Shown in pieces: positions 1 through 12,567 of a DNA stretch of 46,391 nt. Where the stretch lies: assembly GCA_030704615.1 (NCBI GenBank), contig JAKLZA010000308.1:1-46391 (forward strand), given 5' to 3'. Position numbers and translations under genes: made by a program. Source of the DNA: Takakia lepidozioides (lineage: Eukaryota; Plantae; Bryophyta). The notes under the pieces are model-generated. The model was not told the DNA's origin and searched no databases. It saw only the letters and a program-made list of their open reading frames with translations. How positions within the stretch are numbered: position 1 is the first letter of the stretch; each line of letters begins with the position of its first letter.

Positions 1-730
1 CAGTCGTCACAGCAGACACAGCCCACACAGCCAGTCACAGCCCGGCACAGCCACACAGCCAGTCACAGCCCGACACAGCCAAACACAGCCAGTCACCGCT
101 TGACACAGCTGTCACGATAATAGGGAACGAAGAGTAGGACAGGGAACGACTGTGGGGAACAACACCAGTGAAGGGAACATGTTAGTTCACATACGACGGT
201 TAGAGAGGGAAACGGTTAGAACCGCGGATAGGAGGATAAAGGGAAGAACGGGGAATAGGAAGGGGATCATTATTCGGGGAGGACTTCGGAGACAGGCGGG
301 AGCGGAGATCGGAGAGCACGATGAAGGAGAAAAGAGGATTAGTAGATGCTTGTCATATGCAAAGCTAGAGTGATATTGTAGAGCAGATTAGAGACATAAT
401 GGATTCGGCCTGATACCTGATAAATCATAATCTGATACTTATACGATACAATCACACTGTGTAGAGAGATCTGAGTGAAGCTATGGATTGAATGGAGGAG
501 TTAAGGAAACCGATAAATTGATGAAGCAAACTGATACTTAATTATCAATGGTAAGGTAGCTGAGATGAATGCGGAAAAGGAAACAAATAGGAAACACCCC
601 CATGATACACTAGCTGTAGGTCATGACTGATTGTTCTGCGCGGGCTGAGTACTTAGAGATTTCCAACTCTTCTATCTTGGAGTTTCCGCCTCGGATAGCG
701 AAGGGATGGGTGAGTAAAAGCCGCGCGACA
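1..730 (+). mobile_element. Partial LTR (3' LTR or solo LTR) of the same Ty3/gypsy family as 9991-23197, in opposite orientation
   Basis: Reverse complement of 9991-10720 with few substitutions. Ends ...CCGCGCGACA at 730 and runs straight into macrosatellite sequence (ATGTTGTACAG) with no PBS after it. Confidence 0.93.
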
Positions 731-3700
731 ATGTTGTACAGCGATAACAAGCGTGAGACCTGTGATTCACCTGGGGTTCCACAATCCTTACTAACCCGTC
801 GGTTTTTGTGGGGGCTTGTGATGGGACCAGGTGAGGGTCCTCACTTAATATGATTCTTTGAGCTTGAAGTTGAATGAAATCGAGCTACTGATGCGACGCC
901 GCAACTTCTGTATCTTTGGGGGAGAAGACCTCTTTCTGCCTCTTTGCATTGATCTTTCTGGCCTTTGTTCTTAACCTTCTATGGTGGACAACGATTCATT
1001 AGGATATTTCTCTCTTGTTCCCTGTGGCCTTCTGTTGTGACACCGGAGCAATTATATGACGAGCTGGCTGTTTTAAGATATCTAGTACCAAGCAGCAAAG
1101 TGGGGGAGCTCTGTTTTTTGACCAAACAGTGTCCTTTATTGTAAACCTCGGAAAGCCTGGATTCTGTTACGAGCAGGCTGTTTTAGGACATTTGGTGCCA
1201 TGCAAAATTGTAGGGTGGCTCTTCTTCGACCAGATAATGTCTTTGGTTACAAGCCCCTGGATGCTTGGCTTTTTTAATGGACAATGTCCACGGTGGTAAG
1301 CACTTGCTGGCTGTTAAGAAGTTGATTCAGGCCCTGTGTTCATGTTGCCTTAGGATAAATATGCCGTGGCAGCTTACTAGCCTGTTGGAATGAACAATTC
1401 AGACCCCGTGATACTACTCTATGATGGTAAACTGATTAGAAAAATATCTGCAATTTTAATATGGTGTTTGTGTTACCAAAACAGACTGGAATTCGTTTTC
1501 CAACGTGCAATGTAGACATTGGTGGTAATTGTAGCAATCTGAATACTTGCTTGCTATTCAACACCTTGTTAACGCATTTATACACTAGCCCCAGACCTAA
1601 ACCAGGTCGTGGGACAAAAAACAAGGTATCCGGTTATACCCTAGTGTGTAATTTGCTTAGAAAATGTCTGCAGCTCTGATATGGTGAAGGTGTTAAACAA
1701 AACAAAGCTGGAACTTCTTTTCCAGGCTTTCAATGTAATCGAGGGTGGCAATTTTGGCAAGCTGAACACTTATTCTTGCTATGCACAGTTGTAAATATTC
1801 CATATGAAACATACCCAAACATGTAACACTTGTTTGGGTCCCTGTTTTGCTGAATATAAAGCTGATTTATATAGGGGGGGTTCTTTATGTAATCCCACCC
1901 CCCCACCCATTCATTTCATTTACTTTGAAATCAGATGTATGCCTTTTTAAGACTGGTTTTTGAATGAAGGATGATTGATAATGCCTTGTTATGAGGCTGA
2001 TTTGTCGTTAATTTGACAAAGACCTTGTTTGGTCTTGTCCATGTCCCGACAAGACATAGTATCTTCCCTCTCTTCTTTAGACCAGTGTACTTAGTGGTGT
2101 CTGTACACATTATCAATCACCCTCCCTTCTTTTTCCAGATCTGTATATGGCATACTAACACCTTTTTATGGCCATAAGAGATGGTGATCTAGCACATTCT
2201 TGAGTGGAGTGACACTTGATGAACTAACACCTGTTGGTTTTTGGCAGATGGTCAAAGCCATGGGATATCAGCCACCTCTTCCGCCATGAACATGGTGGGG
2301 AGCAAGAAACTCCTTCCCAAGGTATCATCTTCTCCAACAAAAATATATTGGATGATTGGGCATGGAAAATAAGGCATCCTTGATGATACCTAAGATAAAC
2401 ATTGAGCATCTAAAGGACGTCTGAACGCTGGCACTTTGAGCTAGGCCCTGGTAAGACAACGTGTTGGAGTATGTGTGTACACCTTATACATGATCCGGTC
2501 AATGCACATTGCTCTCGTTTGCTGGTCTCCTGTAGCCAATGCCTTATGTCAGAGTTAGATACCTTATGATAAGAATGACTTCCATGTCCTTGGCTCAAAT
2601 GCTTCTATGTCGCTCTTGGTTATGGCTTTGCTCTTTATAGCACCATAAAAAATACCCAATTCTATTTTATTGCTGGAAGATGTTTTGTTTGAATCATAGG
2701 CAGTACATTACTGCCAATGACTGAAGAACAAATATTCGTACCTCTTGGGAAAACTGGTTCTATAACCAGATTCTTGGCTGATAAACAATAAAGGGGCTGA
2801 TAAACACTAATTGGCTGATAAATGTTTATTTCCTGTTTGTTGCTTCCTGAATTGGGAGTTGAGGATTCTTTCATCGGCCTCTTCTTTCCATTACCAGAGC
2901 TCATGTGCGAGCTAAAAGGTAAAAGTTAAAACTCTACATTATGATGTAAGTGTTGATGTACCTTCGCTTGTCACAGCTTGTTTTGTTTTTTGACCTTGGA
3001 GAATTGAGATTGTAGGCTTTATTTATTTATTTCTATGGTTCCTTTGTAACCAGAAATAAAAGCTACAAAGAAGAGGGAGGTCCTTTATGTGATGGGGTCT
3101 GGTATGCACTCCCTTACGGGGCGAGTGCATACCACACTCACTCCATGAGGAGCTGCCATACCGGGGGATGGTTGGTGGGTTCCCTCTCTCTCCCTCTCTC
3201 TCCCTCCCTCCATGGATCTGGCTGGTTCTTTTAAACCCGATGGTTTAAACCCAGAGATATGTTAATTAATCCCTAATTAACTTCCTTGATATTTCGTCCA
3301 TACTGGATGATCTGTTGATGATGAAGTCATCAGATGGTGGATTTACCTTTAACAGAACTCAGCCATACCGGCTGATTTCTTACTTTACGGATGACGTCCG
3401 AATCTGGTTAATTTCGGTTAATTACCCTACTTGGATCTTTGGTTTATAAGGTCATGAGGTTTCTATCCTAATGAATGCCAAATGATTTTCATCCCTATCT
3501 AGATGTCATCCCTGGCGGATGACACAGGGATGAAAAATCGGGATTTATCAACCGTTTGTTGATGGAGCTCATCCCGTGCGGATGAAATCGCGGGGAAATA
3601 GCTTCATCTCCTCCCTGCCCTAATTTTCTACACGACAATCGTGCTTAAGGTTTGCTGGAACTGAGGGATGGTGGCGGAGTGCGCATTGAGCCCGATTCAG

Positions 3701-6700
3701 GGCCTTTTGATTACTATGGTGTTGCGTAATTAAGGTCTGCAGGGTTTCTGGCAAGATTCCAGTACTTTCTTCCTCTCTTTCCCTGTGGCGGTTGTCTCTC
3801 ATGTTGGCGGGCGATCTACTCAGCTTGTGATCGTTTGTTGTGCCCTTCATTGATCATTAAGATACAGCGGCGCATCTTAAGACCTCAGGGAAGTGAATGA
3901 ACCTGTTAAAATGCCTGGGCAATCCACTCTTTTTGTGTTTTGTTGTTTGTTGGTCTTGGGAGCCATTTTGCAGGCTTCTCTTCCGCAAACCATCGAGGTG
4001 ATGGCTTGTTTATGCTCTGATTTCTTTCTACTCCTGCTTTGGAATGCATGTTGTACAGCGATAACAAGCGTGAGACCTGTGATTCACCTGGGGTTCCACA
4101 ATCCTTACTAACCCGTCGGTTTTTGTGGGGGCTTGTGATGGGACCAGGTGAGGGTCCTCACTTAATATGATTCTTTGAGCTTGAAGTTGAATGAAATCGA
4201 GCTACTGATGCGACGCCGCAACTTCTGTATCTTTGGGGGAGAAGACCTCTTTCTGCCTCTTTGCATTGATCTTTCTGGCCTTTGTTCTTAACCTTCTATG
4301 GTGGACAACGATTCATTAGGATATTTCTCTCTTGTTCCCTGTGGCCTTCTGTTGTGACACCGGAGCAATTATATGACGAGCTGGCTGTTTTAAGATATCT
4401 AGTACCAAGCAGCAAAGTGGGGGAGCTCTGTTTTTTGACCAAACAGTGTCCTTTATTGTAAACCTCGGAAAGCCTGGATTTTGTTACGAGCAGGCTGTTT
4501 TAGGACATTTGGTGCCATGCAAAATTGTAGGGTGGCTCTTCTTCGACCAGATAATGTCTTTGGTTACAAGCCCCTGGATGCTTGGCTTTTTTAATGGACA
4601 ATGTCCACGGTGGTAAGCACTTGCTGGCTGTTAAGAAGTTGATTCAGGCCCTGTGTTCATGTTGCCTTAGGATAAATATGCCGTGGCAGCTTACTAGCCT
4701 GTTGGAATGAACAATTCAGACCCCGTGATACTACTCTATGATGGTAAACTGATTAGAAAAATATCTGCAATTTTAATATGGTGTTTGTGTTACCAAAACA
4801 GACTGGAATTCGTTTTCCAGCGTGCAATGTAGACATTGGTGGTAATTGTAGCAATCTGAATACTTGCTTGCTATTCAACACCTTGTTAACGCATTTATAC
4901 ACTAGCCCCAGACCTAAACCAGGTCGTGGGACAAAAAACAAGGTATCCGGTTATACCCTAGTGTGTAATTTGCTTAGAAAATGTCTGCAGCTCTGATATG
5001 GTGAAGGTGTTAAACAAAACAAAGCTGGAACTTCTTTTCCAGGCTTTCAATGTAATCGAGGGTGGCAATTTTGGCAAGCTGAACACTTATTCTTGCTATG
5101 CACAGTTGTAAATATTCCATATGAAACATACCCAAACATGTAACACTTGTTTGGGTCCCTGTTTTGCTGAATATAAAGCTGATTTATATAGGGGGGGTTC
5201 TTTATGTAATCCCACCCCCCCCACCCATTCATTTCATTTACTTTGAAATCAGATGTATGCCTTTTTAAGACTGGTTTTTGAATGAAGGATGATTGATAAT
5301 GCCTTGTTATGAGGCTGATTTGTCGTTAATTTGACAAAGACCTTGTTTGGTCTTGTCCATGTCCCGACAAGACATAGTATCTTCCCTCTCTTCTTTAGAC
5401 CAGTGTACTTAGTGGTGTCTGTACACATTATCAATCACTCTCCCTTCTTTTTCCAGATCTGTATATGGCATACTAACACCTTTTTATGGCCATAAGAGAT
5501 GGTGATCTAGCACATTCTTGAGTGGAGTGACACTTGATGAACTAACACCTGTTGGTTTTTGGCAGATGGTCAAAGCCATGGGATATCAGCCACCTCTTCC
5601 GCCATGAACATGGTGGGGAGCAAGAAACTCCTTCCCAAGGTATCATCTTCTCCAACAAAAATATATTGGATGATTGGGCATGGAAAATAAGGCATCCTTG
5701 ATGATACCTAAGATAAACATTGAGCATCTAAAGGACGTCTGAACGCTGGCACTTTGAGCTAGGCCCTGGTAAGACAACGTGTTGGAGTACACCTTATACA
5801 TGATCCGGTCAATGCACATTGCTCTCGTTTGCTGGTCTCCTGTAGCCAATGCCTTATGTCAGAGTTAGATACCTTATGATAAGAATGACTTCCATGTCCT
5901 TGGCTCAAATGCTTCTATGTCGCTCTTGGTTATGGCTTTGCTCTTTATAGCACCATAAAAAATACCCAATTCTATTTTATTGCTGGAAGATGTTTTGTTT
6001 GAATCATAGGCAGTACATTACTGCCAATGACTGAAGAACAAATATTCGTACCTCTTGGGAAAACTGGTTCTATAACCAGATTCTTGGCTGATAAACAATA
6101 AAGGGGCTGATAAACACTAATTGGCTGATAAATGTTTATTTCCTGTTTGTTGCTTCCTGAATTTGGGAGTTGAGGATTCTTTCATCGGCCTCTTCTTTCC
6201 ATTACCAGAGCTCATGTGCGAGCTAAAAGGTAAAAGTTAAAACTCTATATTATGATGTAAGTGTTGATGTACCTTCGCTTGTCACAGCTTGTTTTGTTTT
6301 TTGACCTTGGAGAATTGAGATTGTAGGCTTTATTTATTTATTTCTATGGTTCCTTTGTAACCAGAAATAAAAGCTACAAAGAAGAGGGAGGTCCTTTATG
6401 TGATGGGGTCTGGTATGCACTCCCTTACGGGGCGAGTGCATACCACACTCACTCCATGAGGAGCTGCCATACCGGGGGATGGTTGGTGGGTTCCCTCTCT
6501 CTCCCTCTCTCTCCCTCCCTCCATGGATCTGGCTGGTTCTTTTAAACCCGATGGTTTAAACCCAGAGATATGTTAATTAATCCCTAATTAACTTCCTTGA
6601 TATTTCGTCCATACTGGATGATCTGTTGATGATGAAGTCATCAGATGGTGGATTTACCTTTAACAGAACTCAGCCATACCGGCTGATTTCTTACTTTACG

Positions 6701-9700
6701 GATGACGTCCGAATCTGGTTAATTTCGGTTAATTACCCTACTTGGATCTTTGGTTTATAAGGTCATGAGGTTTCTATCCTAATGAATGCCAAATGATTTT
6801 CATCCCTATCTAGATGTCATCCCTGGCGGATGACACAGGGATGAAAAATCGGGATTTTATCAACCGTTTGTTGATGGAGCTCATCCCGTGCGGATGAAAT
6901 CGCGGGGAAATAGCTTCATCTCCTCCCTGCCCTAATTTTCTACACGACAATCGTGCTTAAGGTTTGCTGGAACTGAGGGATGGTGGCGGAGTGCGCATTG
7001 AGCCCGATTCAGGGCCTTTTGATTACTATGGTGTTGCGTAATTAAGGTCTGCAGGGTTTCTGGCAAGATTCCAGTACTTTCTTCCTCTCTTTCCCTGTGG
7101 CGGTTGTCTCTCATGTTGGCGGGCGATCTACTCAGCTTGTGATCGTTTGTTGTGCCCTTCATTGATCATTAAGATACAGCGGCGCATCTTAAGACCTCAG
7201 GGAAGTGAATGAACCTGTTAAAATGCCTGGGCAATCCACTCTTTTTGTGTTTTGTTGTTTGTTGGTCTTGGGAGCCATTTTGCAGGCTTCTCTTCCGCAA
7301 ACCATCGAGGTGATGGCTTGTTTATGCTCTGATTTCTTTCTACTCCTGCTTTGGAATGCATGTTGTACAGCGATAACAAGCGTGAGACCTGTGATTCACC
7401 TGGGGTTCCACAATCCTTACTAACCCGTCGGTTTTTGTGGGGGCTTGTGATGGGACCAGGTGAGGGTCCTCACTTAATATGATTCTTTGAGCTTGAAGTT
7501 GAATGAAATCGAGCTACTGATGCGACGCCGCAACTTCTGTATCTTTGGGGGAGAAGACCTCTTTCTGCCTCTTTGCATTGATCTTTCTGGCCTTTGTTCT
7601 TAACCTTCTATGGTGGACAACGATTCATTAGGATATTTCTCTCTTGTTCCCTGTGGCCTTCTGTTGTGACACCGGAGCAATTATATGACGAGCTGGCTGT
7701 TTTAAGATATCTAGTACCAAGCAGCAAAGTGGGGGAGCTCTGTTTTTTGACCAAACAGTGTCCTTTATTGTAAACCTCGGAAAGCCTGGATTCTGTTACG
7801 AGCAGGCTGTTTTAGGACATTTGGTGCCATGCAAAATTGTAGGGTGGCTCTTCTTCGACCAGATAATGTCTTTGGTTACAAGCCCCTGGATGCTTGGCTT
7901 TTTTAATGGACAATGTCCACGGTGGTAAGCACTTGCTGGCTGTTAAGAAGTTGATTCAGGCCCTGTGTTCATGTTGCCTTAGGATAAATATGCCGTGGCA
8001 GCTTACTAGCCTGTTGGAATGAACAATTCAGACCCCGTGATACTACTCTATGATGGTAAACTGATTAGAAAAATATCTGCAATTTTAATATGGTGTTTGT
8101 GTTACCAAAACAGACTGGAATTCGTTTTCCAGCGTGCAATGTAGACATTGGTGGTAATTGTAGCAATCTGAATACTTGCTTGCTATTCAACACCTTGTTA
8201 ACGCATTTATACACTAGCCCCAGACCTAAACCAGGTCGTGGGACAAAAAACAAGGTATCCGGTTATACCCTAGTGTGTAATTTGCTTAGAAAATGTCTGC
8301 AGCTCTGATATGGTGAAGGTGTTAAACAAAACAAAGCTGGAACTTCTTTTCCAGGCTTTCAATGTAATCGAGGGTGGCAATTTTGGCAAGCTGAACACTT
8401 ATTCTTGCTATGCACAGTTGTAAATATTCCATATGAAACATACCCAAACATGTAACACTTGTTTGGGTCCCTGTTTTGCTGAATATAAAGCTGATTTATA
8501 TAGGGGGGGTTCTTTATGTAATCCCACCCCCCCACCCATTCATTTCATTTACTTTGAAATCAGATGTATGCCTTTTTAAGACTGGTTTTTGAATGAAGGA
8601 TGATTGATAATGCCTTGTTATGAGGCTGATTTGTCGTTAATTTGACAAAGACCTTGTTTGGTCTTGTCCATGTCCCGACAAGACATAGTATCTTCCCTCT
8701 CTTCTTTAGACCAGTGTACTTAGTGGTGTCTGTACACATTATCAATCACTCTCCCTTCTTTTTCCAGATCTGTATATGGCATACTAACACCTTTTTATGG
8801 CCATAAGAGATGGTGATCTAGCACATTCTTGAGTGGAGTGACACTTGATGAACTAACACCTGTTGGTTTTTGGCAGATGGTCAAAGCCATGGGATATCAG
8901 CCACCTCTTCCGCCATGAACATGGTGGGGAGCAAGAAACTCCTTCCCAAGGTATCATCTTCTCCAACAAAAATATATTGGATGATTGGGCATGGAAAATA
9001 AGGCATCCTTGATGATACCTAAGATAAACATTGAGCATCTAAAGGACGTCTGAACGCTGGCACTTTGAGCTAGGCCCTGGTAAGACAACGTGTTGGAGTA
9101 CACCTTATACATGATCCGGTCAATGCACATTGCTCTCGTTTGCTGGTCTCCTGTAGCCAATGCCTTATGTCAGAGTTAGATACCTTATGATAAGAATGAC
9201 TTCCATGTCCTTGGCTCAAATGCTTCTATGTCGCTCTTGGTTATGGCTTTGCTCTTTATAGCACCATAAAAAATACCCAATTCTATTTTATTGCTGGAAG
9301 ATGTTTTGTTTGAATCATAGGCAGTACATTACTGCCAATGACTGAAGAACAAATATTCGTACCTCTTGGGAAAACTGGTTCTATAACCAGATTCTTGGCT
9401 GATAAACAATAAAGGGGCTGATAAACACTAATTGGCTGATAAATGTTTATTTCCTGTTTGTTGCTTCCTGAATTTGGGAGTTGAGGATTCTTTCATCGGC
9501 CTCTTCTTTCCATTACCAGAGCTCATGTGCGAGCTAAAAGGTAAAAGTTAAAACTCTATATTATGATGTAAGTGTTGATGTACCTTCGCTTGTCACAGCT
9601 TGTTTTGTTTTTTGACCTTGGAGAATTGAGATTGTAGGCTTTATTTATTTATTTCTATGGTTCCTTTGTAACCAGAAATAAAAGCTACAAAGAAGAGGGA

Positions 9701-9990
9701 GGTCCTTTATGTGATGGGGTCTGGTATGCACTCCCTTACGGGGCGAGTGCATACCACACTCACTCCATGAGGAGCTGCCATACCGGGGGATGGTTGGTGG
9801 GTTCCCTCTCTCTCCCTCTCTCTCCCTCCCTCCATGGATCTGGCTGGTTCTTTTAAACCCGATGGTTTAAACCCAGAGATATGTTAATTAATCCCTAATT
9901 AACTTCCTTGATATTTCGTCCATACTGGATGATCTGTTGATGATGAAGTCATCAGATGGTGGATTTACCTTTAACAGAACTCAGCCATAC
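731..9990 (+). repeat. Tandem macrosatellite, ~3.31-kb monomer, ~2.8 copies before the LTR insertion
   Basis: ATGTTGTACAGCGATAAC recurs at 731, 4048 and 7360 (periods 3317 and 3312). Short ORFs recur at the same offsets. Copies are near-identical. Confidence 0.97.
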
Positions 9991-10974
9991 TGTCGCGCGG
10001 CTTTTACTCACCCATCCCTTCGCTATCCGAGGCGGAAACTCCAAGATAGAAGAGTTGGAAATCTCTAAGTACTCAGCCCGCGCAGAACAATCAGTCATGA
10101 CCTACAGCTAGTGTATCATGGGGGTGTTTCCTATTTGTTTCCTTTTCCGCATTCATCTTAGCTACCTTACCATTGATAATTAAGTATCAGTTTGCTTCAT
10201 CAATTTATCGGTTTCCTTAACTCCTCCATTCAATCCACAGCTTCACTCAGATCTCTCTACACAGTGTGATTGTATCGTATAAGTATCAGATTATGATTTA
10301 TCAGGTATCAGGCCGAAGCCATTATGTCTCTAATCTGCTCTACAATATCACTCTAGCTTTGCATATGACAAGCATCTACTAATCCTCTTTTCTCCTTCAT
10401 CGTGCTCTCCGATCTCCGCTCCCGCCTGTCTCCGAAGTCCTCCCCGAATAATGAACCCCTTCCTATTCCCCGTTCTTCCCTTTATCCTCCTATCCGCGGT
10501 TCTAACCGTTTCCCTCTCTAACCGTCGTATGTGAAGTAACATGTTCCCTTCACTGGTGTTGTTCCCCACAGTCGTTCCCTGTCCTACTCTTCGTTCCCTA
10601 TTATCGTGACAGCTGTGTCAAGCGGTGACTGGCTGTGTTTGGCTGTGTCGGGCTGTGACTGGCTGTGTGGCTGTGCCGGGCTGTGACTGGCTGTGTGGGC
10701 TGTGTCTGCTGTGACGACTGTGACGGGCTGTGTGGGCTGTGTGGGCTGTGACGACTGTGACGGGCTGTGTTGGCTGTGTGGGCTGTGACGGCTGTGTCGG
10801 CTGTGTGGGCTGTGACGACTGTGACGGGCTGTGTTGGCTGTGTGGGCTATGTAACCCCCCTCTACAGTGCGCTGCTGTCACCCCTAAGGTTCCTGTTTGT
10901 CTCAGTCTGTGCAAAAATTAAGGGTACCCTACAGATCCCGTATAAGTGTCTAAGTCCCCTACAGTCCTCTAACA
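9991..10974 (-). repeat. 3' LTR (984 bp)
   Basis: TGTTAGA...CGCGACA on the - strand. Matches 22272-23197 except for a 58-bp indel in the GGCTGTG repeat tract and at least 2 substitutions. Confidence 0.95.
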
Positions 10975-10977
10975 TTA

Positions 10978-10991
10978 CCCCTTCCCCCCTC
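10978..10991 (-). other. Polypurine tract (GAGGGGGGAAGGGG)
   Basis: Purine run 3 nt upstream of the 3' LTR start on the - strand. Confidence 0.88.
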
Positions 10992-11012
10992 AAAAAGCCG
11001 TGTCCTCACGGT

Positions 11013-11534
11013 TTACTGTTTCCGATTAGCAACCCTTTGTGAGTGAGCACCTTGTTGACGTTGAGAGTTTCGTGGTGGGCTGTGTGTACGAGCCCGAGGT
11101 CTGTCTCTGGTTGATGGAGATGGTTGATCACTACCTGGATAAGTGAGGCCTTCTGGAGGTTGATATCGAGGTAATCTTTCCGGCATAGGAGATCCCCTTT
11201 GTTTCTTCTCTTCCATCTGAATTGCATAGTCTTCTCCCATGTCAAAAGAATTTTGTGAAGAAACAGTTGTATCAGAATCCTCATCGCCTCTCAGGTGTTT
11301 TAATTTTCGAACTTTTTGTGGAATCATCTGGGGCATACAATGCTGTCCTACCATGTCTGGAAGTTTGCATTTTACAACCTGGTGTAACCGTTGAACAGCA
11401 AAATTGGTGTAGACACTGAGCTCCTTGTCTGTCCAGATGAGTGGGGTACCAATTACTGGTGCAGCGTGCAAGTATTTCCATGCGATATGTCCCTTATAGA
11501 AAATGTCATCAAGTCCGAATTTCTGTGTTGACAA
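11013..11534 (-). CDS. Retrotransposon accessory ORF of unknown function (173 aa as called); may be a frameshifted continuation of the upstream ORF
   Basis: Sense ORF overlapping the end of 11509-12567 and ending just before the PPT. Non-ATG start. Confidence 0.4.
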   Translation of the reverse strand: MSTQKFGLDDIFYKGHIAWKYLHAAPVIGTPLIWTDKELSVYTNFAVQRLHQVVKCKLPDMVGQHCMPQMIPQKVRKLKHLRGDEDSDTTVSSQNSFDMGEDYAIQMEEKKQRGSPMPERLPRYQPPEGLTYPGSDQPSPSTRDRPRARTHSPPRNSQRQQGAHSQRVANRKQ

Positions 11535-12567
11535 ATTGTTGCAGGCTGCTTGAAACCATGAATCGAATTTGAGAATCCTTTTGTATCATAACTTTTGGGT
11601 CATATAGGTACATATGAGGTGGCACCGAAGGTAATACCCAATGATCTCCACTGGAGTAACTTTGAAAGCGTGCTTGCATCTTTTGTTGCTCTATGTGGTA
11701 ACGTATCAGGAAACAAGCAGCGTAGTATAGCCCGCACCCCATGACAATACTTGCTATTTCCTTGGTCTTTGTATAAATGAGTCCATGTACAACCTGGAAA
11801 GCAACCAATTCCCTCAACATGGTACCTGCCTCGTGCCAGTATTGTGCAAAGTGATGATCTTCAATATGTCGATTGTTTGGAAGAACTTTAGTCCTGGTTG
11901 CCACTGGCAGCCAAATACGCATGATTTGGTAGTAATGTGCGAATGACTGCGGAGGACTAAATTCTTTCCAAGCCAAATCCAACATGATGGGAATTTGGTT
12001 GAAGGGCATAATCATAGCCCTACTGTACTCTCTGGCAGCTGGAGTTTTAGGTGGGTTAAAAGCTGCATTGCCCCATACCTCCGGCTGTGGTGGCTGTGGT
12101 GTGGTTGTATTAACCACAGGTTCAGCTACTGGTACACTGACCTGTTGTGGTGGTGGTGGTACTGGTTCCTGTACCATTGGCATCTCTTGCACCTCCTGTG
12201 AAGACTGAAAAGCCAGAGTTCTGGCTTGCAAATAAGAAGCCATTAGCTGTTCCTGAGGGATATAGACTCTTTGGTCGATGTTTGAAGTGAGGTCTTCCAC
12301 TTGAGTCTGGAGTCCGTCTACATCCTCTTGTAACTCTGCTATCCTACTATAGACATTGTCTATAGTAGTTGTGGCAATGTTCTGCACCTGCAGTCTGAGC
12401 TCATTCATCTCGCTTTGGGTGAGCTTCCGTGGGGCTTTGCCTTCTACTGGCCCTTGTGCTAACCAGACCTGCATAAGGCTGTTATCCACCAAGCTGCTTG
12501 TGGTTCCCCTGAGAGTTTGCTCCTCTCTTAGCTTATACAATTCCAACTGCTGTTGTAAAGCCTTCAT
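11509..12567 (-). CDS. Retrotransposon accessory ORF downstream of pol (352 aa; coiled-coil N-terminus, Pro/Gln-rich linker, aromatic-rich C-terminal domain)
   Basis: Long sense ORF whose ATG overlaps the pol stop (ATGA at 12567-12564). No recognised family. Confidence 0.65.
   Translation of the reverse strand: MKALQQQLELYKLREEQTLRGTTSSLVDNSLMQVWLAQGPVEGKAPRKLTQSEMNELRLQVQNIATTTIDNVYSRIAELQEDVDGLQTQVEDLTSNIDQRVYIPQEQLMASYLQARTLAFQSSQEVQEMPMVQEPVPPPPQQVSVPVAEPVVNTTTPQPPQPEVWGNAAFNPPKTPAAREYSRAMIMPFNQIPIMLDLAWKEFSPPQSFAHYYQIMRIWLPVATRTKVLPNNRHIEDHHFAQYWHEAGTMLRELVAFQVVHGLIYTKTKEIASIVMGCGLYYAACFLIRYHIEQQKMQARFQSYSSGDHWVLPSVPPHMYLYDPKVMIQKDSQIRFMVSSSLQQFVNTEIRT

Noticed and set aside
731-9990. 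Recurrent 60-80 aa ORFs in the macrosatellite; possible rDNA or 5S unit
   Set aside because: No recognisable protein motifs, several are broken by indels between copies, and no rRNA or tRNA sequence was recognised.
10348-11042. ORFs within the LTRs (73, 98, 63 and 91 aa; also 152-373 and 22629-23304)
   Set aside because: Low-complexity LTR repeat translations on both strands.
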